A DNA stretch of 64,000 nt, taken from IMG/VR virus record IMGVR_UViG_3300031853_000032, positions 3,598-67,597 of that record; one strand, 5' to 3'. Source of the stretch: a virus. Its lineage: Duplodnaviria > Caudoviricetes. Below, piece by piece: positions 57,050-64,000 of the stretch. Below the pieces are notes generated by a model. That model was not told where the DNA came from. It made no database searches and worked only from the letters and a program-made list of their open reading frames with translations. Position 1 is the first letter of the stretch; each line of letters begins with the position of its first letter. The translations under genes were made by a program, and so were the position numbers.

Positions 57050-60000
57050 GTGGGGTTGGATTTCTTAGAAATAGTCGATACCCTGGGAAAGAACAACACT
57101 AGAGAAGTATGGCCACAGTTCAACGTATGTAAAAGTAAAGATTTGATGATAAAAGGATCTGACTTTTACGCAATTTATGATGAATCAACTGGACTGTGGT
57201 CTACTGATCAGTTTGAAGCTGTCAGGCTTATCGACAACGAGATTCAAAAAAGGGTTACTGAATTAAAAGCAAAATATCCTGAATCAATTGTCGTTGGAAA
57301 ATTTCTTAGAAACACCAAGAACAAGACAATTAACGGATGGAGGCAGTACTGTAAACAACAGACGTTTGATAATTACAAAGACTTAGATGCCAAAGTGCTG
57401 TTCTTTAATGACAAGCCAAAAAAGAGTGACTATGCTACACACGTTCTTCCTTATTCTATAGAAGAAGGCGACATGAGTTCTTACGACAGACTTATGTCAG
57501 TTTTATATTCTGACGAGGAAAGGGAAAAGATAGAATGGGCTATAGGTTCTATCATCTCTGGAGATTCTAAGAAGAACCAAAAGTTTATAGTTCTTTATGG
57601 TGCTGGTGGTACTGGTAAAGGTACTGTCATAGACCATATAATAGAACCGATGTTTGATGGATACTACTGTACATTTAGTGCTAAGAACCTTACGTCAGCA
57701 TCAAATTCGTTTGCTATGGAAGACTTTAGATTGAATCCTCTTATAGCAATTGACGCAGATGGTGATATGAACAGACTTGACGATAACACAAGGCTTAACG
57801 GTATTGTATCTCACGAGTATATGACAGTTAATGAAAAGTTCAAGTCATCATATACATCAAGATTCAACGCACTGTGTATCATAGGTACTAATAGACCAGT
57901 TCGTATTACAGACTCTAAATCAGGTCTTATAAGAAGGCTTATTGATATTTCACCAACAGGAAATAAGGTTGGTATTGATGAATACAATAAGCTTATAGAA
58001 GGCATGCAATATGAATTTGGTGCTATAGCCTATAAGAGCCTTAATTTCTATAAAAAGAATAAACACAAATATGATGCGTACATTCCGACAAAGATGATGG
58101 GTGCAAGTAACGATCTTTATAATTTCCTTATGGACAATGCAGAAGTGGTTGATGTCGAAGAAGGAATTGACCTAGCATCTTTATGGGTAATGTACAAAGA
58201 TTATTGTGCTGACTCTCTCATACAGTATCCACTTAAAAGAAATATTCTTAAAGAAGAACTTAAAGACTATTTCAGGTTCTATTACGAGAAATTTAAACTC
58301 GAAGATGGTCGTATAATCTATAGCGTGTACAAGTCACTCAGACGAAATAAGATAGGTCTTTATGATCCTAACGACGGAATGATTGTCGATGAGGAAAATG
58401 ACAACAATTGGCTTTCATTTGAATTTCAACATTCTCTACTCGATGAATTCTTAGCTGATCAAAAAGCTCAATACGCTCCAGAAGTCACAAACAAAAAGAT
58501 GTATAGATGGGTTAATTGTAAAACCACTTTGAAAGCTTTAGATACAACAAAACTCCACTACACTCTTGGTCCTAAAAATCTTGTAACAATAGACTTTGAC
58601 AAAAAGGATCAAAATGGTGATAAGAGTTTTGAAGAAAACGTTAAAGCTATCGAAAGGCTTGGGCTCCCACCGACATATGCTGAATTGTCAAAAAGTGAAA
58701 ATGGTATACATCTTGAATACCTCTGGAACGGAGACATAAATGATCTTTCACCGACAATAGAAGAAGACGTTGAAATTAAGACTTTTAAAGGTGACTCATC
58801 TCTTAGAAGAATGCTTACAAAATGCAACAATGTCCCAATAAGAACCATTACAAGCGGATTACCAATTATGAAAAGGAGCAATGAAAGGGTGATTAACCAA
58901 GACGCTGTAGAAAACGAGAAGCATCTAAGGAATAGAATCGAAAAAGCACTTCGCAGGGAAATTGGTGTTGATATTTCGAATCCTGATTCAGGCAAGGCTC
59001 ATACAGCACCGATGATCCAGTACATTAAAAGCGAACTCGATAAAGCTTATGCAAGTGGTATTCCTTATGATGTATCCGACATAAGAAACCGTATATGTGC
59101 ATTTGCTATGACTTCGAACCATCAGAAGGAAGACTGCTATAAGAAATGCTTAGAAATGCACTTTAGATCCGAAAATAACCCTGTCGATGCTGACCATATA
59201 ATACACAATGACTCTGTCGATAGAACCGGATCAGACCTTGTTATATTTGATTGTGAAGTATTCAAAAACCTGTTTGTAATTGTATGGAAAAAGCTTGGAA
59301 AAGAGAACACGCCACAAATAATGATGAACCCGTCTCCAAGAGAAGTTCAATCGCTGTTTAACTATAAGCTAGTCGGGTTTAATAACAGGAAATATGATAA
59401 TCACATTTTATATTTCAGGGCGTATCTCAACTACACCAATATGCAGCTTTATGAGAAGTCTAAGGAGATAATAAAGGATCATACAGGCTATCACACGAAC
59501 GCATACAGCATATCCTACACTGATATTTATGATTTCATGTCAAATCCGAACAAACAGGTTGGATCTTTGAAGAAGTGGGAGTACAAGCTTGCTAAAGAAG
59601 GCTATCACGTAATGCACAAGGAGAACGCTTATGACTGGGATGAGCCAGTACCAGAAGATAAGTGGTCCGAAATAGCTGATTATTGCGTAAATGATGTTCT
59701 TGCAACTGAAGCAGTCTTCAACTATTCTGACGTGCATGATGATTACGAAGTTAGATGTATGCTAGCCGAACTAGCAGAAATGACTCCTAACGACACTACA
59801 AATAGTCTTTCTGAGAAAATTATATTCGGATTTGACAAGCATCCACAGTCTCAGTTTAACTATAGGTTCCTTGGTGAAAATCCTCTTAATTATCCGAATC
59901 TTAAAGCTAAGATGGTTACACCATTTACTTATGTAGAAGCTGAGAAAATCACAAAGGATATTATTGCAAAAGGTCTTTCTCTTGAGGACTCAGTTGAAGA

Positions 60001-61294
60001 AGCTAAGTTTATCGCACAGCATGATAGACTTATGCCTTGGTTCCCTGGTTACAAATATGATAAGTTCAAAAAGCAGTCCACTTATAGGGATGAGGACGGT
60101 TCAACTTACGATAAGATTGATATTCTCACTGGTAAGAAGAAGTCTGCTCTTAAACTTGTCGGTGAGGGTGGCTATGTGTATTCTGTTCCTGGAATGTATG
60201 GTCATGTTTGGACTCAAGATAGTGCATCTCATCACCCGCATTCCATATACGCTGAGAATCTGTTTGGTGATGTTTACACTGAGAGGTTCTGGGGACTGGT
60301 TACAGCAAGACTTGCGATAAAGCATGAAGAGTGGCTTGTGGCTGAATCAGCTTTTGATGGCAAACTTAAGAAATTCCTTCTCGATAAGGGTGAAGCTAAG
60401 AAACTGGCGACAGCGTTAAAGACAGTCATAAACTCTATATATGGACTTACTGCTGCTAAGTTTGATAATCCTTGTAAAGATGAACGCAACATCGACAATA
60501 TCGTGGCAAAACGTGGCGCTCTGTTCATGATAGACTTAAAACATGCTGTCGAAAATATGGGCTACCAGGTAATTCACGTTAAGACTGATTCCATAAAGAT
60601 ACGTGATACGACGGATGATATTATTAAGTTTGTCAGAGTATTCGCTGCTTTGTACGGATATGAGTTCGAGACAGAAGAAAAGTACGACAGAATTTGTCTT
60701 GTAAACGATGCTGCATATATAGCAAGAACTGAAGAAGGTAAATGGGAAACTAAAGCAGATGAGTTCAAACAGCCATACACCTATAAGACTCTCTTTACAA
60801 AAGAGCCTATTGGATTCGATGATCTCTGTGTAATTAAGAGTGTTCAAAAAGGTGCTATATATGAAGACTTTAACGAAGATCTTGGCCAAGATGAACATAA
60901 TTATACATTTGTAGGACGTGTCGGTCAGTTCACACCAGTAGTAAACGGATGTGGTGGCGCTGAGCTTGTATGCAAGAGAGATGATGATAAATATTCTGCT
61001 GTAACTGGTACAAAAGGTTATAAATGGCTCGAATCATCTTATGTCGCTCTGAAAGATCCAGAAGAATCAAAAGCAATGGTCGACTATGACTATTTCGTAA
61101 AGCAGGCTAACGATACAAAGACTAAGATTTCTAAACTCGGCGACTTTGAATGGTTCACAAGTTCGTCTCCGTATGTAATGCCTGCGATGGTTAAAACACC
61201 TGAAGACCTTATTGAGCATCCAGTATACGCTGACGAGATAGACTTTGACGATGCAGAGTTTATGAATCCGCCTGACTTAGCTTGCGTGTCGTGA
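57050..61294 (+). CDS. SF3 helicase - AEP primase - family B DNA polymerase fusion
   Basis: Walker A GAGGTGKG, Walker B IDAD, motif C IGTN; primase IDFD / SKS.NGIH; exonuclease DCE, FNNRKYD, YCVND; PolB DSASHHP, KTVINSIYG, KTDS. Confidence 0.85.
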   Translation: MGLDFLEIVDTLGKNNTREVWPQFNVCKSKDLMIKGSDFYAIYDESTGLWSTDQFEAVRLIDNEIQKRVTELKAKYPESIVVGKFLRNTKNKTINGWRQYCKQQTFDNYKDLDAKVLFFNDKPKKSDYATHVLPYSIEEGDMSSYDRLMSVLYSDEEREKIEWAIGSIISGDSKKNQKFIVLYGAGGTGKGTVIDHIIEPMFDGYYCTFSAKNLTSASNSFAMEDFRLNPLIAIDADGDMNRLDDNTRLNGIVSHEYMTVNEKFKSSYTSRFNALCIIGTNRPVRITDSKSGLIRRLIDISPTGNKVGIDEYNKLIEGMQYEFGAIAYKSLNFYKKNKHKYDAYIPTKMMGASNDLYNFLMDNAEVVDVEEGIDLASLWVMYKDYCADSLIQYPLKRNILKEELKDYFRFYYEKFKLEDGRIIYSVYKSLRRNKIGLYDPNDGMIVDEENDNNWLSFEFQHSLLDEFLADQKAQYAPEVTNKKMYRWVNCKTTLKALDTTKLHYTLGPKNLVTIDFDKKDQNGDKSFEENVKAIERLGLPPTYAELSKSENGIHLEYLWNGDINDLSPTIEEDVEIKTFKGDSSLRRMLTKCNNVPIRTITSGLPIMKRSNERVINQDAVENEKHLRNRIEKALRREIGVDISNPDSGKAHTAPMIQYIKSELDKAYASGIPYDVSDIRNRICAFAMTSNHQKEDCYKKCLEMHFRSENNPVDADHIIHNDSVDRTGSDLVIFDCEVFKNLFVIVWKKLGKENTPQIMMNPSPREVQSLFNYKLVGFNNRKYDNHILYFRAYLNYTNMQLYEKSKEIIKDHTGYHTNAYSISYTDIYDFMSNPNKQVGSLKKWEYKLAKEGYHVMHKENAYDWDEPVPEDKWSEIADYCVNDVLATEAVFNYSDVHDDYEVRCMLAELAEMTPNDTTNSLSEKIIFGFDKHPQSQFNYRFLGENPLNYPNLKAKMVTPFTYVEAEKITKDIIAKGLSLEDSVEEAKFIAQHDRLMPWFPGYKYDKFKKQSTYRDEDGSTYDKIDILTGKKKSALKLVGEGGYVYSVPGMYGHVWTQDSASHHPHSIYAENLFGDVYTERFWGLVTARLAIKHEEWLVAESAFDGKLKKFLLDKGEAKKLATALKTVINSIYGLTAAKFDNPCKDERNIDNIVAKRGALFMIDLKHAVENMGYQVIHVKTDSIKIRDTTDDIIKFVRVFAALYGYEFETEEKYDRICLVNDAAYIARTEEGKWETKADEFKQPYTYKTLFTKEPIGFDDLCVIKSVQKGAIYEDFNEDLGQDEHNYTFVGRVGQFTPVVNGCGGAELVCKRDDDKYSAVTGTKGYKWLESSYVALKDPEESKAMVDYDYFVKQANDTKTKISKLGDFEWFTSSSPYVMPAMVKTPEDLIEHPVYADEIDFDDAEFMNPPDLACVS

Positions 61295-61315
61295 AAAATT
61301 TCCTAAGTATTATAG
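61289..61315 (+). promoter_or_regulatory. TCGTGA-N15-TTATAG motif
   Basis: exact spacing; overlaps the polymerase stop codon. Confidence 0.7.
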
Positions 61316-61318
61316 GAG

Positions 61319-61501
61319 GTGATCGACATGACAACGATTAACAAAACTTTTAAAACCGAAGAAGAAAAGGACGACTTTATGAACGAACTATTCATGGACT
61401 TATTTAAAGATAGTCGTGATAGGAAGTATGATAAAGACGCAACGTACATTCTTAAAGTAGACGGTGAGGAGGGAGAAGAAGTAGTCGTAGGAACCTTTTA
61501 A
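61319..61501 (+). CDS. small acidic hypothetical protein (paralogous leader with 61590)
   Basis: GGAGGTG RBS; start may be ATG 61328. Confidence 0.65.
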   Translation: MIDMTTINKTFKTEEEKDDFMNELFMDLFKDSRDRKYDKDATYILKVDGEEGEEVVVGTF

Positions 61502-61503
61502 AC

Positions 61504-61544
61504 AAACAAGGCTCGTAGAGAAATCTGCGGGTCTTCATATTTTT
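61504..61544 (+). terminator. terminator repeat copy 1
   Basis: 41 bp identical to 61920-61960; hairpin plus T-tract. Confidence 0.7.
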
Positions 61545-61559
61545 ATATTTGTTAGCGTG

Positions 61560-61586
61560 TCGTTAATAATTGCCTAAGTATTATAG
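61560..61586 (+). promoter_or_regulatory. TCGTTA-N15-TTATAG motif variant
   Basis: same spacing; leader duplicated from 61289. Confidence 0.65.
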
Positions 61587-61589
61587 GAG

Positions 61590-61904
61590 GTGATCGATAT
61601 GAAAACGACTAACGAAATTTTTAAAACTGAAGAAAATCTTTATGTTTCTGAGGCGATCGATGCGGCAACGACTAACGAAATTTTTAAATCCGATGCCATA
61701 GAAGATCTTTATATTTCTGGGGAGGAAGAATACGAACGTTATTACGAATTATCTCAAATGAGATACGACGAAATAAAAGAAATTGCTGAATCTTTAGGAA
61801 TTAAAGGTATCGACTTTTACGGAACGTTCGTAGCCATAGTCAAGATAATCAGAGCAGAATCTGCACTTAAGAAATGTGGAGATCAGAAATTAAGGAAGAC
61901 TTAG
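61590..61904 (+). CDS. acidic hypothetical protein with an internal TTNEIFK duplication
   Basis: GGAGGTG RBS; start may be ATG 61599. Confidence 0.65.
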   Translation: MIDMKTTNEIFKTEENLYVSEAIDAATTNEIFKSDAIEDLYISGEEEYERYYELSQMRYDEIKEIAESLGIKGIDFYGTFVAIVKIIRAESALKKCGDQKLRKT

Positions 61905-61919
61905 TCATAGGATCATGAT

Positions 61920-61960
61920 AAACAAGGCTCGTAGAGAAATCTGCGGGTCTTCATATTTTT
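61920..61960 (+). terminator. terminator repeat copy 2
   Basis: identical to 61504-61544. Confidence 0.7.
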
Positions 61961-61994
61961 TATATTTTGTCTTGTAAATGAAAGGAGAATTATA

Positions 61995-62531
61995 ATGGCA
62001 GTAGAATTTGCAAAACCAGAAGTAACACCTAACAACATTGTTTTCGATCGCGCTAATGTGATGCCTGGGTTTAAGAATTTCTCAGGAACAAAATTTGGTG
62101 GGAATGGAGGATCTAAAACATTCTGCGTTTCTATATCAGAGGATCTTGCTGACAAATTGGTTGCTGACGGATGGAATGTTAAGCAGACAAAGCCTGATGA
62201 GGAAGGTAATATAACGCCGTTCCTCTCGGTTTATGTGTCGTTCAATCCTGCTGGGACAACACCTGACAAAAAGAAGTTCAAAGATCCGGTAGCTTGGCTT
62301 ATGAGTGAAAATGAAGCTCTAAAACTTAGTGATGTTACTATCGCAGGACTTGATGAGGAGAAGATCACTTATGCTAAGCTAAACATTAAGCCAGGATGGG
62401 GTAAAAAAATAGGTAAGTGGCAGCCTTATTTGGAGATAGGGTACTTCTTTGTAGAAATGGATGACCCTTTCGCTAACGACCCGGATGTTCTCAGATACAA
62501 GAACAAGCAGGAAGAGATGCCATTCAACTAA
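61995..62531 (+). CDS. single-stranded DNA-binding protein (phage type)
   Basis: 'F.NFSG......G...FCV...A..L...GWNVK'; acidic tail ending in PFN; AAAGGAG RBS. Confidence 0.7.
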   Translation: MAVEFAKPEVTPNNIVFDRANVMPGFKNFSGTKFGGNGGSKTFCVSISEDLADKLVADGWNVKQTKPDEEGNITPFLSVYVSFNPAGTTPDKKKFKDPVAWLMSENEALKLSDVTIAGLDEEKITYAKLNIKPGWGKKIGKWQPYLEIGYFFVEMDDPFANDPDVLRYKNKQEEMPFN

Positions 62532-62610
62532 TGATTCAAGGACAGTCTGGCACATGAATAGTTTGATATTCTCTGTCAGATTGTCCTTACTACTATTTGG
62601 AGGCTAAAAC

Positions 62611-62844
62611 ATGATTAAAGGAATCAACAACGCAAAACCGGAAAAAGAGCCATCAAAAAAGGCTAGAAATCGTATGATAGACTGGATTGTTAAGCTTCAC
62701 GTAGATGGCTATATTGATATTGAGACATGCGATAAACTTATTACCGGTGTAAAGGAGCATCCGAAAGAGTATACAAAAGACAGGATCTCAGAGAAGTATC
62801 TAAGTGGTAACTATAACTGTTATAGGGCGGAAAATGACACATGA
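62611..62844 (+). CDS. hypothetical protein
   Basis: GGAGG RBS; ORF track. Confidence 0.6.
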   Translation: MIKGINNAKPEKEPSKKARNRMIDWIVKLHVDGYIDIETCDKLITGVKEHPKEYTKDRISEKYLSGNYNCYRAENDT

Positions 62845-63077
62845 AAAAATACCAGTTTTTGCAAGAGCTTCTTAGGAATAATTACAAAGCGGCTATGATC
62901 GACAACATACCAACTGTTTTATGTAAGTCAAAAGAAGTCATGCTTGTAGAAAGAACCAAGATAAAGATATTAGTAACAAAATGCGGATATGAGTATTCAT
63001 GGGGATGCAAAATAATTGGTAGCGAGGTAAATTCAAATGAAAATAGATCTGATACTACCGTATGTTACGACGCTTGA
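62841..63077 (+). CDS. hypothetical protein
   Basis: ORF track; overlaps its neighbours. Confidence 0.45.
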   Translation: MKKYQFLQELLRNNYKAAMIDNIPTVLCKSKEVMLVERTKIKILVTKCGYEYSWGCKIIGSEVNSNENRSDTTVCYDA

Positions 63078-63933
63078 TGCCAACTGGAGAATACTATACG
63101 AAAAAGCTAGTAGCAATTCCAATTGGCAAAGTTCTGAACGATTTCGATCTCTCGGAACATTGGGTTTTATATTTCGATCTATAGCTAAGAATATGCCTTG
63201 GATCAATAAAGTGCATCTACTTGTGTTTTCTAAATCACAGATACCATCATGGCTTACTAGCGATGAATCTCTCGTGAAAGTACATTTGCACGACGAGTTT
63301 ATTCCTAATAAGCTTATACCGGTATTTAACTCTTGTACGATAGAGTCTTACTTATGGAACCTTGATGATCTATCGGACTTTGTTATTTACACTAACGATG
63401 ACATATTTGCCATGAAACCGATGACAGAAGCAGATTTTTATACAAACGGATTACCAAATTTGCATTTTAAGAAAGAAGATGCTCATAACAGCGTGTATCT
63501 TAGCCAGAGTTTTAAAAGCTTTGAGATGATCGCCAAAGAATTCTCGATAGATGCAGATAAAGAACCATTTGTAAAACAGCTTCATACGATGGCTCCGTAT
63601 ACAAAAGATGCTTTATATTTTGTAAGAGACCATTTCGGAGATACAATTTGTCAACACTGTACAAGATTTAGAAACAGAAACAATGTGAACCAGTATATTT
63701 ATGGATATTATCATTACTTTTCAAAAAGTTATACTGACATAGCCATATCCAATAAATACGTAGGATTAAACAACCAAGGAGATGACGCTGTTAATGCTAT
63801 AGATACCACAACAGAGTCTCTTCTTAACATAAACGATACTGGATTCGAGCGAGGAGATTGGAACAAAGTCAGCTATAAAATAAGAGAAGCTATGAAAGAA
63901 AAGTTTCCTGAAAAATGTAAGTATGAAAAATAA
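63037..63933 (+). CDS. Stealth-family protein (sugar-1-phosphate transferase-like)
   Basis: CR1 'IDLILPYV'; CR2 'RF..LG.L....RSI.KNMPWI.K.HL..P.FNS..IE..L..L..LS...IY.NDD.F'; CR4 'L.IND'. Confidence 0.85.
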   Translation: MKIDLILPYVTTLDANWRILYEKASSNSNWQSSERFRSLGTLGFIFRSIAKNMPWINKVHLLVFSKSQIPSWLTSDESLVKVHLHDEFIPNKLIPVFNSCTIESYLWNLDDLSDFVIYTNDDIFAMKPMTEADFYTNGLPNLHFKKEDAHNSVYLSQSFKSFEMIAKEFSIDADKEPFVKQLHTMAPYTKDALYFVRDHFGDTICQHCTRFRNRNNVNQYIYGYYHYFSKSYTDIAISNKYVGLNNQGDDAVNAIDTTTESLLNINDTGFERGDWNKVSYKIREAMKEKFPEKCKYEK

Positions 63934-63949
63934 TGGGAGGTATTTAACC

Positions 63950-64000
63950 ATGGCGATGTACATGGAGTATTACAGAATTGGAGATGTTAAACTCACACCT
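63950..64000 (+). CDS. 5' end of a gene truncated by the window edge
   Basis: GGGAGGT RBS, ATG at 63950, open to the end of the window. Confidence 0.55.
   Translation, partial: MAMYMEYYRIGDVKLTP

Noticed and set aside
59880-60150. Possible intein or insertion in the polymerase between the exonuclease and motif A
   Set aside because: No C/S-start, HN-C/S/T end or LAGLIDADG motifs; more likely a lineage-specific loop
1-64000. Stop-codon reassignment or suppressor tRNA system
   Set aside because: All core genes are intact in code 11; TAG, TGA and TAA all end genes that are followed by a new RBS; the tRNA-like elements have no anticodon
1-64000. Complete DGR, integrase or invertase
   Set aside because: No RT (YxDD) ORF, template repeat, or tyrosine/serine recombinase motif found in the window; they may lie outside it

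Overview
The window is about 64 kb of one tailed dsDNA phage genome (siphovirus-like, HK97 fold, AT-rich, standard code, nearly all genes on +). The host is probably a Clostridia/Bacillota, inferred from the strong AGGAGG ribosome-binding sites and the amidase/glucosaminidase endolysin. Gene order: head-tail connector; Q/N-rich protein; terminase large subunit; a toxin-like array; portal; protease-scaffold-capsid fusion; two receptor-binding/fibre genes; a six-gene low-complexity cluster; neck and tail genes; a 3091-aa tape measure; lysis cassette; distal tail genes; phoH; an early region of repeated promoter-small gene-terminator cassettes; three DUF6353-like paralogs; a helicase-primase-PolB fusion; SSB; a Stealth-family protein. 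No integrase, reverse transcriptase, CRISPR array or complete tRNA is visible. Best candidates for new biology: (1) Between terL and portal, a polymorphic-toxin-like locus. Three papain-fold (Cys-His-Asp/Gln) proteins share a DNA-identical N-terminal 'MSDYLIHSGKLGMKW' leader. They are followed by two Imm35-like small genes and a collapsed toxin relic that keeps only the leader and the HTH tail. (2) Two tRNA-like RNAs with acceptor, D and T arms but no anticodon arm, at module boundaries. (3) Swappable C-terminal receptor-binding cassettes, one with a DGR-type variable repeat but no RT or template repeat in view. (4) A triplicated compact pseudoknot and a phage-specific TCGTGA-N15-TTATAG promoter motif. 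All family assignments come from motif recognition by eye; no searches were run.
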